In this document: one piece after another, positions 30,409 through 40,448 of the stretch
Position numbering within the stretch: the first letter of the stretch is position 1
Layout: each line of letters starts with the position of its first letter
Source of the DNA: a virus
Length of the DNA stretch: 64,000 bases
Reading direction: 5' to 3' (one strand)
Virus record (IMG/VR): IMGVR_UViG_3300002092_001548
Span: 74,209 to 138,208 of that record
Program-made: the position numbers and the translations under genes
The notes under the pieces: model-generated
The model's input: only the letters and a program-made list of their open reading frames with translations
What the model was told of the DNA's origin: nothing
Databases searched by the model: none

Positions 30409-31494
30409 ATGCCCCTACCAACACCAAAAGGAAAAGAACAGAAAAAAGATTTCGTTTCGCGTTGCATAGCCACGGTAAGTAACGATAAAGCTTTTAAAGA
30501 CCAAAAACAGATAATTGCAGTTTGTTATTCTCAATGGGAAGAAGCAAAAGCTTCTGCAGATGTTATCGTTGGCAGCGGAGATCAAGAGACAATCCTTAAC
30601 ATTCAAAGTCGCAAAGAAGAAAATGTATTTCCAGCCCCAAAATGGACAGCAGGAGCAAAGGGTCAGCGTTTTGGCGGCAAAAAGAGGAGCGACTTAAAAG
30701 ATAGTGATTTCCTCTATCCAGAAGAGCGTAGTTTTCCAATTGTAACCCCAAAAGATGTACATGATGCTGCTAGAAGTTTTGGTCGCAGTAAAGGTAAGAA
30801 TTACGAAGAATTCAAAAAGAAGCTAGTTCGCAAGGCGCGTTCTAAAGGCCCGGCTTTTGTAGCTGAACTTCCAGACACAATCAAGCAGGAGCATAATATC
30901 AAAGCATCTGAAGGCGAGTCCCTTATTAGCCAGTATGCAGATAAAGCGGCAGAGATGCTGTCTGAATTAGCAGTATGCTCATCAGTTATCCTAGCTGCGA
31001 CACAAGATGAGTCTTACCATGCTAAACTAACTGAGCCTTGGGTATTTACAAAGATTACTATTGCAAAGATTAGCTCATGTGCCGCACGTTACCATCTTGA
31101 ATTTGGTGACATCAAGGCAAGTGAAGAAGATATTCGCGAAGAATTCGTGGATATGATTCAAGAATTCGCAAAAGAAATTTACGCAAATGCCGAAGCATCT
31201 TTAGCTTTAATCCAAAATGAAGATAAAAAAGTAGAAGTAGCCAAACCTTGGGTATTCGAAAAGATTGTAGTTGCTAAATCAATGGCATGCATAGTTAAGA
31301 ACCATCTTCTTTATGGTGAAGACCCAGAGGCGACCGAATACCCAGTAGAACAAGATCCTACAAATCCAGAAGTTTCCGTCGCAGATGATGAGACAAACAT
31401 GACTGGTGACACGGGAGAAGATGCGAATGTAAAAAGAGAAAAATATCTACTCCACAATGTTTTCGATAACAAATGGGGCGCAGATACCTATTAA
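30409..31494 (+). CDS. multidomain putative internal head protein (DUF6582-like module)
   Basis: MPLPTP..E..FVSRC module; R..L.DSDF..P..R.FP; two PWVF.KI..AK repeats. Confidence 0.55.
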   Translation: MPLPTPKGKEQKKDFVSRCIATVSNDKAFKDQKQIIAVCYSQWEEAKASADVIVGSGDQETILNIQSRKEENVFPAPKWTAGAKGQRFGGKKRSDLKDSDFLYPEERSFPIVTPKDVHDAARSFGRSKGKNYEEFKKKLVRKARSKGPAFVAELPDTIKQEHNIKASEGESLISQYADKAAEMLSELAVCSSVILAATQDESYHAKLTEPWVFTKITIAKISSCAARYHLEFGDIKASEEDIREEFVDMIQEFAKEIYANAEASLALIQNEDKKVEVAKPWVFEKIVVAKSMACIVKNHLLYGEDPEATEYPVEQDPTNPEVSVADDETNMTGDTGEDANVKREKYLLHNVFDNKWGADTY

Positions 31495-31503
31495 TTATTT
31501 AAA

Positions 31504-32163
31504 ATGTTTGAAGTAATTTCATCTGTAGAATATAAAGACCGCTCTCTTCACGATAGGGTAAAAGAAAAGGCAGATAAATTATTTCCTAAAAATAGTTATG
31601 TAAAAAGCCTCTGGATTCTCCGCGAATATAAAAAGCGCGGGGGTACAGTTAGCTATAAGGGGGAGAAACCCAAAAATGGCACTATCAAAAAAGAAGTTAA
31701 AAGTGAAAGTTATGATGGCAGAAAACAAGAATATCTTTTCAAGGTTCGTTTTGAAAACTATGAACTAGCAAGCGAAAACAAGAAAAAGGTTCGCCTAAAT
31801 AAACCATTCAGAACACCGGGCGCCGCAAAGAAATTTGCCGTATATGTTAAGAATGAAAGCGGTAAGATAGTTATTGTTCGATTTGGTGATCCACATTTAA
31901 GCATTAAAAGAGATAATCCCGCACGAAGAAAAAACTTCAGAGCGAGAATGAGATGCGACAATCCGGGGCCAAAGTGGAAAGCTCGTTACTGGGCATGTCA
32001 GACTTGGAGGGCAGATAAAAGCGTTAAAGAGGTAACTGGAGAAGAAGAGATTAACTGGTTTATGTTACCAACACAAGAGGAACTATTTGGTCATGAACTA
32101 CCTCCTTTCGACATAGAAGAAATTGAAGAAGATATCTGCTTTGATTGTGACGAATCAATTTAA
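31504..32163 (+). CDS. basic phage protein (DUF6321-like)
   Basis: KKFAVYVK..VRFGDP..RRKNFRAR..C..ARYWAC. Confidence 0.65.
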   Translation: MFEVISSVEYKDRSLHDRVKEKADKLFPKNSYVKSLWILREYKKRGGTVSYKGEKPKNGTIKKEVKSESYDGRKQEYLFKVRFENYELASENKKKVRLNKPFRTPGAAKKFAVYVKNESGKIVIVRFGDPHLSIKRDNPARRKNFRARMRCDNPGPKWKARYWACQTWRADKSVKEVTGEEEINWFMLPTQEELFGHELPPFDIEEIEEDICFDCDESI

Positions 32164-32203
32164 TTGACATATTTATAAAATATTGTTATATTAGTAAGTA
32201 ACG

Positions 32204-32494
32204 ATGAATGTTACTTGGAAAGTTGAGGGCGCAATCGATTGGTTTAAAACAATTGTAGAAGATGTCTCGTGCTCTCCAATGGAGATCGCAACTAAAGTTA
32301 TTGAATCCCTAACCACATCTGAATTATCAGATAATATAGGATTAATCTTAATGGTTACCCATGACCAGATGGAATCTATAGATCAAACCTATGTGTGCCA
32401 TACTCCAACCGTTTTAGCCAATGCTGGATTTTACAAAGAATCAAAATACCTCCAAGATATGATTGACATGATTACCAAAAGTAATATAGAATGA
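32204..32494 (+). CDS. hypothetical protein
   Basis: ORF downstream of TTGACA-N17-TATATT. Confidence 0.55.
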   Translation: MNVTWKVEGAIDWFKTIVEDVSCSPMEIATKVIESLTTSELSDNIGLILMVTHDQMESIDQTYVCHTPTVLANAGFYKESKYLQDMIDMITKSNIE

Positions 32495-32500
32495 TCATAT

Positions 32501-32749
32501 ATGAAAAACATAATTCTTGCATTATTGCTAATTTGCTCATCAGCAAATGCTAATAAAGTTGCCGTCTGCGAAACACTATTTACAGGAACGGGAGATTCTC
32601 CGGCAGAATCAAACGATAGAGCAAGATTAAATATGTCTTTTGCAAAAGAAAGCGTAGAATTTCTTACTAGCGATACCCATCAAGTTAGTACTAATTGTTA
32701 TATAACCATAATTCGTGCACGTTATTTGGCCGATGTTCATAGTTACTAA
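32501..32749 (+). CDS. small exported protein
   Basis: Signal-peptide-like N-terminus MKNIILALLLICSSANA. Confidence 0.55.
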   Translation: MKNIILALLLICSSANANKVAVCETLFTGTGDSPAESNDRARLNMSFAKESVEFLTSDTHQVSTNCYITIIRARYLADVHSY

Positions 32750-32751
32750 AG

Positions 32752-33999
32752 GTGAATAATAGGCTTCCATACGAAGAATACCAAGCAATCATGAACTCCC
32801 TAGTGGAGCATCATGCAGTATTCTATCAATTTTGGCGTTTAGTAAAACCTCAATACTCTGAAGAAGTTGATACTGCTTGTGTTTTCTTTAATAAAGAAGG
32901 TAAATGTATTGATTTTTTAATTAACCAAGCTTATTGGAACTCAGTAGATGACATAAGAAAAAAATTCATTATTTGCCATGAATGTATGCATGTTCTAAAT
33001 TCGCATGGCAAACGAATTGGAACAAAATTCTCACAATACGGAGACCAAGCAAACATTGCTATGGATATAGTTGTCAATGAAGGGCTCACAAAATTCTTTG
33101 GGTTCAATCGCGCCAAAATAGATCCAGATGATGAGTATATATGGTTAGATAAAATTTTTAAAGACGACCCATCCGTTGTTGACGATAATAGTTTTGAGTA
33201 TTATTTAAATAAATTGATAGAAAATAATATTGGCCCGGCGCCGTCAAAATCACTAATCAATCAACATTCTGGACTTGGAATTCCCGACGAACTAGTTCAA
33301 GAAATCATTAACCAACTCTCGGATGAGGAAGGAGAGGTACTAAAAAATATTGCCGAACGTTCCGAACAAGGAAAAAAGAAAGATAATGGCCAAATAGCAG
33401 GAAAATCAGGTGGGCAATTAACTAAAAAACTAGATAAAAAACCCGCAGTATTTAAAAGTAAATGGGAAACCATTATTAAAAAATTCGAAAAAAGCTTTGG
33501 TAAAGAAGAAACCAATGAGGCGCATTGGATAAACAAAGATAGGAGGATGTATAATTTAAATTTTGATATGTTCTTACCATCTGATATTGAACACGAGGTA
33601 AGAAAAACAGAAAAAGAAAAAATTAAAACTTACTTTTTTATGGATTCAAGTGGATCTTGTCAAGACCTAGCGCAAAGATTTTTTGATGCAGCTAAAAGTA
33701 TTAACCCTAATAAATTCGATGTTGAATACTATTGTTTTGATACGGCAGTTTATAAAGTTGACATAGCTAAAAGAAAACTGTTTGGATTTGGCGGAACTAG
33801 CTTTAAATCAGTAAGTGATTTTATTTACAAAAAAAACAAAGTCAAACCGCATGTTTGGATTTTAACGGATGGTCATGGTGATTATCCCGATATTCCAGAA
33901 AATGAAGAAAAAAAATGGAGCTGGTTTTTAATTCAAGGTGGGAGCAAAAAATTTGTTCCACAAAATAGTAAAATTTATAATTTAGAAAATTTCGAGTAA
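32752..33999 (+). CDS. DUF2201-like metallopeptidase plus vWA domain protein
   Basis: HECMH, NIAMD..N, MIDAS DSSGS, GGTSF, LTDG. Confidence 0.85.
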   Translation: MNNRLPYEEYQAIMNSLVEHHAVFYQFWRLVKPQYSEEVDTACVFFNKEGKCIDFLINQAYWNSVDDIRKKFIICHECMHVLNSHGKRIGTKFSQYGDQANIAMDIVVNEGLTKFFGFNRAKIDPDDEYIWLDKIFKDDPSVVDDNSFEYYLNKLIENNIGPAPSKSLINQHSGLGIPDELVQEIINQLSDEEGEVLKNIAERSEQGKKKDNGQIAGKSGGQLTKKLDKKPAVFKSKWETIIKKFEKSFGKEETNEAHWINKDRRMYNLNFDMFLPSDIEHEVRKTEKEKIKTYFFMDSSGSCQDLAQRFFDAAKSINPNKFDVEYYCFDTAVYKVDIAKRKLFGFGGTSFKSVSDFIYKKNKVKPHVWILTDGHGDYPDIPENEEKKWSWFLIQGGSKKFVPQNSKIYNLENFE

Positions 34000-34844
34000 C
34001 CAGATAAATGTGGATAATATTTATTCCATTCATCTTTTTTAAATTCCCAAATAAACTTTCTTCTCGCATCTATTGCTTGGTATAGACAGTTAAAACTCCC
34101 AATTTTTCTTATTATAAATTTTTTATTCTTATAGTTCTCTATGCCGATACCTTGTTTTTCTTGCTCCGTATAAAAGCAAACTGCAGACTTGAATTTATCA
34201 AATTTTCTAGAAAGACCAATATTATCCAAGTCTCTATCTTTATAAATAAAGTGTAAAAATTTATATACATTTTTCTTTCCCACTAAATAGAAGTGACTAT
34301 TAGCATGCGTATTATCTTTATGAGTTTTTGAATGGAATTCAATATTTAATTTTCCACATAATTCCTCGCAAAATTTCCAGTCCTGATTATAATTTGATGT
34401 TATATCCACACAATGCGCTCCAGTTTTGGGGTTTGCGCTCAAATACCCATCTCCGTCAAAATAACCTCTCCACCAATAATGCTTTAGATCATTAGGAATA
34501 ATATTTAAAATTTTAACTGGAGAAACTTGTGACTTTATCAAAAAATCATTGTCACATAAAAATTGATATAAGTATTTATTAGAATATCTAAGACAAGCAT
34601 AGGTTCTATTAGTAATTTTATTAGTAGAACAGTAATACTTCCAATCACCAGTTTTACATAGAACGGGAAAAATCTCCTCCGCATCACATATTTGTATATT
34701 TACTTTTATATTATAGTCATATTTTCTTCTATTTTTTTGCACATATCCATCGGCCCATAAAAAACCCAAAACATAAGCCGAAATTGGAGACATATTGTCA
34801 GTAAAATTTAAAGCAGCTTCTTTTTTTCTTGCTTGTATCGTCAT
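33975..34844 (-). mobile_element. free-standing double-motif LAGLIDADG homing endonuclease
   Basis: AYVLGFLWADGY and WRGYFDGDGY; antisense insertion between the vWA and AAA genes. Confidence 0.85.
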
Positions 34845-34874
34845 AATAGTCTATAGTTATTACACACAATATAT

Positions 34875-35915
34875 ATGATTACCTCTCAAGAATTAGAAAT
34901 TAAGCTTCGAACTTATTTAAAATCTAATAAAAATGTCTTATTAGAAGGAAAACATGGCGTTGGCAAAACAGCACTAATTCAAAAAATTTTTAACGAAGAA
35001 TTTGGAGAAAACAACTGGATATATTTTTCATCTAGTACTCTAGATCCATGGACGGACTTAATTGGCGTCCCAAAAGAATCTAAAATAAATAATGAGCCAT
35101 GCCTAGATTTTATTTTACCAAAACAAATGATAAATACAAATTTAAAAGCCATGTTTTTTGACGAATACAATCGTAGCCATAAAAAAGTTCGTAACGCCAC
35201 AATGGAATTAATTCAATTTAAAAGCATTAATGGACGTAAGTTTCCAAATTTAAAAGTAATATGGGCGGCAGTAAACCCAGCCGATGATGAGGAAGATACG
35301 TATGACGTAGACAACCTTGATCCAGCGCAGCTAGACAGGTTCCAAATCTATATAAAAGTGCCATACTCTCCAGACTACGAATACTTTAAATCAAAATTTG
35401 GAGTTAAACATGCAACTTCCGCTATTGAATGGTGGAATGGGCTTCCCAAAGAAGCTAAAAAATTAGTATCGCCCCGCCGTTTAGATTATGCCCTAGAGCT
35501 TTACAAAGAAGGCGGCGACCTATTTGATGTCCTGCCAGATAAAACCAACCCTACAAAGTTACTGGTAACTCTACAAGTGGGAAGTCTAGAGGCAAAAGTT
35601 AAGGAATTATTTGAACAAAAAAATGGAAAAGAAACTAAAAAATTCTTTTTATCTGAAAATAACTTCCAAGGCGCGCTACCAATTATAAAGAAAAATAAAG
35701 AATACGTTCAGTTCTTTTTGCCCCTATTAAATAATGAAAGACTATCCTCAGTCTTTTTTACCGAAACAAAACTTCAAGAATTTATTCTACAAAACTCCCA
35801 ATTATTTAAAGAACCCCTAGAAGAGATCTCTAAATTAAAAGCCATTGATCCTCACCTTTTAGGTAATATCAATAATGCACTCAAAAAAATTGGAACTGTT
35901 ACTTACTTTCCTTAA
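34875..35915 (+). CDS. MoxR-like AAA+ ATPase
   Basis: GKHGVGKT, DLIGVP, FFDEYNR, AVNP, LDPAQLDRF, SPR. Confidence 0.9.
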   Translation: MITSQELEIKLRTYLKSNKNVLLEGKHGVGKTALIQKIFNEEFGENNWIYFSSSTLDPWTDLIGVPKESKINNEPCLDFILPKQMINTNLKAMFFDEYNRSHKKVRNATMELIQFKSINGRKFPNLKVIWAAVNPADDEEDTYDVDNLDPAQLDRFQIYIKVPYSPDYEYFKSKFGVKHATSAIEWWNGLPKEAKKLVSPRRLDYALELYKEGGDLFDVLPDKTNPTKLLVTLQVGSLEAKVKELFEQKNGKETKKFFLSENNFQGALPIIKKNKEYVQFFLPLLNNERLSSVFFTETKLQEFILQNSQLFKEPLEEISKLKAIDPHLLGNINNALKKIGTVTYFP

Positions 35916-36331
35916 TTTGATACAGTGGGAACAATAGAAGCAGATCCAGTTTTTCTTTCGATATAGATCAGGCGTTGATCTAAATTGTCCATTCTTTTGT
36001 CTAACCCAGCTTCTGTTTGGTTGATATGTTTTAAATCCTCCGAGAAAATACTCTGATTATTGATAATTGTTTCTAATTTTTGCTGTGTTACTTCAAACCT
36101 TTTTACAGATTCCGCCGCTACGATTTTATCATTTTCAATCTGTCTTTCTACATATATTGCAAATTTATCTTGCGTTACGAAATGTTGACTCATCCAGAGT
36201 GTTGCATAGCTAAACATCATAAACGCAACTAGCATAATAGCTGGTTTAACATAGGCCTCATACCATTTCATACCAACTTTATGATCTGGAAGATTATTTA
36301 ATGGATTTAATGCCGTTAATGGATCAATCAT
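35912..36331 (-). CDS. single-TM coiled-coil protein (holin-like candidate)
   Basis: One TM segment followed by heptad repeats. Confidence 0.45.
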   Translation of the reverse strand: MIDPLTALNPLNNLPDHKVGMKWYEAYVKPAIMLVAFMMFSYATLWMSQHFVTQDKFAIYVERQIENDKIVAAESVKRFEVTQQKLETIINNQSIFSEDLKHINQTEAGLDKRMDNLDQRLIYIERKTGSASIVPTVSN

Positions 36332-36465
36332 AGCAAGTATATTTACATTTAATTTTTATTTAGCTACATATAAAATGTCTATAGATCGTCTATTTATCAA
36401 GATTGTAACACAACTGGCGGTATATTTTAATTGATTATGAGCACAATAAGTCTTATGATTTCTGA

Positions 36466-36999
36466 ATGAGCTACCAAACTAAAGTTAAAGAATTTATGCT
36501 AACCTTTGGACAAGAATGTCCTCCAAAACCAGTAGTAATTGATAAAAAGAATAGGATTTTAAGGGTCAAGTTGCTTCTAGAAGAGGTTTTAGAGCTTGCC
36601 GAGGCAAGCGGCGTAGAAATTGCAGTTGGTAATGACTGGATTGTAGATACTGATTGTGTCAAAAATGGCGTTATTTCTTTTAAAACAAATAATAATAATG
36701 TAGACCTAATCGGAGTAGCAGATGCGATTGCAGACATTTCTTACGTTAATTACGGCGCGGCAAATGCCTACGGAATTGACATTGAACCAATCGAGAACGA
36801 GGTTCACGCATCTAACATGACAAAGTTATTTACCACAGAAGAAGTAGATAACCTACCTAGTGGTGAATTTACCTATAATCCAGTTAGCTTAACAGGAAAA
36901 TGTCTTCTAGTTAAGAATAGGGATGGCAAAGTTCAGAAAAGCCCTTCTTACACACCAGCTAACGTCGCCAAGTATATTGAACAACAAATCAATGGATAA
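36466..36999 (+). CDS. MazG-like/PRA-PH nucleotide pyrophosphohydrolase
   Basis: LLLEEVLE, ADAIAD..YV..G, EVHASNMTK, DGKVQK. Confidence 0.85.
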   Translation: MSYQTKVKEFMLTFGQECPPKPVVIDKKNRILRVKLLLEEVLELAEASGVEIAVGNDWIVDTDCVKNGVISFKTNNNNVDLIGVADAIADISYVNYGAANAYGIDIEPIENEVHASNMTKLFTTEEVDNLPSGEFTYNPVSLTGKCLLVKNRDGKVQKSPSYTPANVAKYIEQQING

Positions 37000-37615
37000 T
37001 TCAGTTGAACTTATTGGTTGGTATGGTGGTGATACGGTTAATGCTTGTAGCGCATGGACTTCTACTAGCCGAGAGCTTACGGAAGATAAAAAAAACCGAA
37101 TTCCAGCACTATTAAAAATGTTAGCAGAAAATGGGCACGAAACACCATTTGAAAAGTCATCGCTTCACTTCCTAGTAAATACTGAGATCGCAAGTCATAT
37201 TCATCTCCTAAAACATAGAATCAGTTCCCTTAATGCCGAAAGTGCAAGGTATAAAGAGTTAAAAGAAGATAAATACTTCGTTCCCGAAGACTGGCCCACA
37301 GAGTGGAAAGAAAAGTTAGAAGAATATACTAATATTGGTAATGAACTTTATCATGAATGCCTCGCCGGATTGGAATCGTATGGTATTGACAGGAAGCGCG
37401 CAAAAGAATCTGCACGTTTTTTTAAAACATATAATTCTCAAATTCAAGCCGATGTTCAGTTTAACTTTCGTAGCTTTGTAAATTTTCAAAGGCTTAGAAA
37501 CTCAGAACATGCACAGGTAGAAATCCGAGACATTGCCTCGGAAATGTTAAATGCAGTTAAAAATATTGAAGGAAATCCATTTCAACACACGTTAGCCGCA
37601 TTCAATCTTGATTAG
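36992..37615 (+). CDS. thyX: flavin-dependent thymidylate synthase
   Basis: GHETPFE, KHRISSLNAESARY, KESAR, NFRSF..F..LR...HAQ.EIR. Confidence 0.9.
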   Translation: MDNSVELIGWYGGDTVNACSAWTSTSRELTEDKKNRIPALLKMLAENGHETPFEKSSLHFLVNTEIASHIHLLKHRISSLNAESARYKELKEDKYFVPEDWPTEWKEKLEEYTNIGNELYHECLAGLESYGIDRKRAKESARFFKTYNSQIQADVQFNFRSFVNFQRLRNSEHAQVEIRDIASEMLNAVKNIEGNPFQHTLAAFNLD

Positions 37616-37641
37616 TTTAACTAATTTCACTATAATAAATA

Positions 37642-38115
37642 GTGGACATGTTAGATAAAGAGCTCAATTCTGGAGTTAGTGACTTAAGTGTAACTATAAT
37701 GTTTTGCGCCGGGCCCAAAAGCTTGGTTAAATTTAACGATAACCCAAAAGATAACGTGTTTTATAACATCTTCTGTTTTCATATTAACGAAACAGGTCAT
37801 TATATAGTTTTTATCAAAATTTTCAAAGCCCTAAAAAAGAAAAATAAAGATGGTAATTATTTTAATTTAATAGATACACAAAGTAAAGTAATGACTTCAC
37901 AGAAGGAAACCTACCAATTTCTTGATGGTTTTTTAAATATTATTGAAGAACACCATAGGTTCGTCAATGATGAAGTTTTAACCGAAGGGGTTCTTAACGC
38001 GGTAGAAGCCATACAGTCCATACAGGAATGGGAGACATCAATGATTAATTATTTTAATGACTTGATACCCGACCAGTTCCCCAAAAGAAAACTGACTTTA
38101 AAAAACTTATTTTAG
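37642..38115 (+). CDS. hypothetical protein
   Basis: ORF after TTGATT-N17-TATAAT. Confidence 0.55.
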   Translation: MDMLDKELNSGVSDLSVTIMFCAGPKSLVKFNDNPKDNVFYNIFCFHINETGHYIVFIKIFKALKKKNKDGNYFNLIDTQSKVMTSQKETYQFLDGFLNIIEEHHRFVNDEVLTEGVLNAVEAIQSIQEWETSMINYFNDLIPDQFPKRKLTLKNLF

Positions 38116-38468
38116 TTTTGTAATAATGCGTAGGAAAAAATAGTCCCACTACCACCCGTTGCGACAAGTCTAACACTTGTAACTGGAGCAGTTATCAAAG
38201 CTGGAGATTGATATCCCGGTGTCATACCTGTAAAAGAATAAAGAGTAACACCTTCATTTCCAGAACCTCTTTGGAATGATGGGTCATATGCGCCTAGATA
38301 ATATGCGGCGGAAGTTTGAACATTGATTGTTGTTCCAGTTGTTGCCGATCCACTGGCAAACGCGATAATTAAAGTATTTCTTGAGTTAGTGATATCTAAC
38401 CAAGTGCCCGTAAAGGGGACTGACTGTCCCGTAGCTAAAACCATCGCACTATTCCACTGTGAATTCAT
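38112..38468 (-). CDS. small beta-rich putative virion protein
   Basis: T/G/S-rich; ATG 38468 lies 8 nt after GTGTAA. Confidence 0.55.
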   Translation of the reverse strand: MNSQWNSAMVLATGQSVPFTGTWLDITNSRNTLIIAFASGSATTGTTINVQTSAAYYLGAYDPSFQRGSGNEGVTLYSFTGMTPGYQSPALITAPVTSVRLVATGGSGTIFSYALLQN

Positions 38469-38525
38469 AACTAAAATTACACGTAAATTTGACAAGCAGA
38501 CCAAAAACACCTACAATCACTTATA

Positions 38526-38879
38526 ATGAAGAAAATAATTCAACCAGAACAAGCAGAAGAATCCATTTATTTTTCTGATTTTACAGGTAAACCATTTATT
38601 GATGGGCTACCACCATCAATAGAACTTAAATTTAATTTTAATTATGGATCAAAATATGATGGCGCAAACCTAAACTTCCATCTTTCCGATCAGGATTTTG
38701 AAAGCCTTCTTCCAGTTTTGCGTGACAGGTTATCTCAAGATGCTAAAAAAGAATTGGGTAAAACACTTCACGAGTTAGATCTCCAGCTAGAAGATGGAAT
38801 ACAATCTAAATCTTATTCAGTTTGTGAATATGCCTCTAATGCCAGATTAGTAATTCTGAATCTTTTAGGGCTAAACTAG
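38526..38879 (+). CDS. hypothetical protein
   Basis: ORF after TTGACA-N17-TACAAT. Confidence 0.55.
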   Translation: MKKIIQPEQAEESIYFSDFTGKPFIDGLPPSIELKFNFNYGSKYDGANLNFHLSDQDFESLLPVLRDRLSQDAKKELGKTLHELDLQLEDGIQSKSYSVCEYASNARLVILNLLGLN

Positions 38880-39181
38880 AGAGAAATTAAAGTTGGCTTC
38901 TCTTCCTGTTTATAGTTGCGAGTCTGAAGGATCAAATCCAAGATCGTTAGCTTAAAATCTTCACGCTTGTCTTCGGGGATAGAATTAGCAAAGAAATCAA
39001 TAATTACTTGGCACATTCCATTTACCATAAACCCATTAAATTGAATTTCTGTAAGTTGCTTGCAAGCTAAATTTTTACCATCTTCTGTAAGGCCAATCTC
39101 TAAAATTGGATTAATTTTAGGCCTCACATTCTCGTTAATTACTTCTGCGTCGATATCAATTGTTACGGGTTGTTCACTCAT
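38876..39181 (-). CDS. hypothetical protein
   Basis: ORF in a minus-strand gene run. Confidence 0.5.
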   Translation of the reverse strand: MSEQPVTIDIDAEVINENVRPKINPILEIGLTEDGKNLACKQLTEIQFNGFMVNGMCQVIIDFFANSIPEDKREDFKLTILDLILQTRNYKQEEKPTLISL

Positions 39182-39188
39182 AATAATA

Positions 39189-39482
39189 TTACTTCTTCTT
39201 CGCTTTTAAATCTAAATTATCAAGACCCTGTTTCAATAAACCACAGATAACATCATTAACAGAAACGTCTTTCTCGCAAGATTCTTTAACTAATAGCCGA
39301 AGAAGCTCGACGGGCCAATCTTCAGTGTCAAGTTCTAGCCGAACATATTTTTCTAGCTTAATAGAGCCATCTTTTTGTAGCTTTACATCGAACTTATCGC
39401 CGGGCACAATATTTAGTTCTGCCAACTCTTCTTCGGTAAATTGAAGATACAGATCATTCGTGGGTATCAGTTCTTTTTTCAT
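39189..39482 (-). CDS. AbrB/MazE-like swapped-hairpin protein
   Basis: LYLQF..EELAELNIVPGDKFDVKL..DGSIKL pattern. Confidence 0.55.
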   Translation of the reverse strand: MKKELIPTNDLYLQFTEEELAELNIVPGDKFDVKLQKDGSIKLEKYVRLELDTEDWPVELLRLLVKESCEKDVSVNDVICGLLKQGLDNLDLKAKKK

Positions 39483-39636
39483 TTGTTTTTATTAGTTGAG
39501 GATTATTTTCTAGAATTCTAGAGATTATTCCGACAATCTCCATTGGCCCAAAACCAGTAACCCAATCACACTCTTGCGTAATCTCTTCCACTTTTTTCAT
39601 GTATAGCTCGTATAGCTTTTCTTTATTTATTTTCAT
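39454..39636 (-). CDS. hypothetical protein
   Basis: Tightly packed ORF. Confidence 0.45.
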   Translation of the reverse strand: MKINKEKLYELYMKKVEEITQECDWVTGFGPMEIVGIISRILENNPQLIKTNEKRTDTHE

Positions 39637-39947
39637 TGATTTATATTGTGTTGGGCCTTTAAATAATCTTTGATAACATCACCTTTTACTTCTTTCTTGT
39701 AATAATTAAATTTCTTTCCAAAGCTAGTGGAGTCAATAAAGTCATGAAAGGTAAAATTATATTTATTATTTGACTTTCTAATCGTATCTTTATGAAAGTA
39801 TGCAGTATAAGTAAAAAAGCCCAAAGCAATTATTACCCCAATAATAACAGTTTTAAATGCTCCGGCAATAATTCTTTCTACAAGAAAAATAGACAAGATA
39901 GAGAGGAATACTACAAGCGCAATTTCTAGTGGGTTATTAAAGTTCAT
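39633..39947 (-). CDS. two-TM membrane protein
   Basis: Two hydrophobic segments. Confidence 0.5.
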   Translation of the reverse strand: MNFNNPLEIALVVFLSILSIFLVERIIAGAFKTVIIGVIIALGFFTYTAYFHKDTIRKSNNKYNFTFHDFIDSTSFGKKFNYYKKEVKGDVIKDYLKAQHNINQ

Positions 39948-40318
39948 CTACCTAATTGTAGTAACTTCCCCTCCATTATTTCTAATCTTTCTAAAGTTGT
40001 ACTATTCAAATGCGCCCACTCCCTTATGAGACAATTGGTATAGAGATCTTTTTTAATTTGAACTGGATCAAAACCGAACTGATCTCCAGTTAAGTCTATA
40101 TAGTAATTATCAATCTTATTGAACCAATGTTTAATACCATTAACATACGCACTAACTAAATGCCCACCATATCTTTTATAAATAATCGCCGCCACAATAG
40201 CGCAATGTCCCGTACTAGGAATTTCTTCGTTAAAGAAATAAACAGTTTCGGCCGCAAAGCATTTGTCGAGATCTAGACGAAGATCCCTTAACTCTTTTTC
40301 TATTATTAATTTTGGCAT
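39944..40318 (-). CDS. YunG-like / transglutaminase-fold small protein
   Basis: GHC, HWFN, DLTGDQF (Cys-His-Asp order). Confidence 0.55.
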   Translation of the reverse strand: MPKLIIEKELRDLRLDLDKCFAAETVYFFNEEIPSTGHCAIVAAIIYKRYGGHLVSAYVNGIKHWFNKIDNYYIDLTGDQFGFDPVQIKKDLYTNCLIREWAHLNSTTLERLEIMEGKLLQLGR

Positions 40319-40448
40319 GGGTCATATATATTACATTTAATTATTAATAATATCAGAAAATACCCTTGGAATAATAACATTATCAGGAAGGTCTTTAAAA
40401 AGTGGTGCGATATGTTTTGGAGAATGTCCCGCCAAACCGCAACCAATT

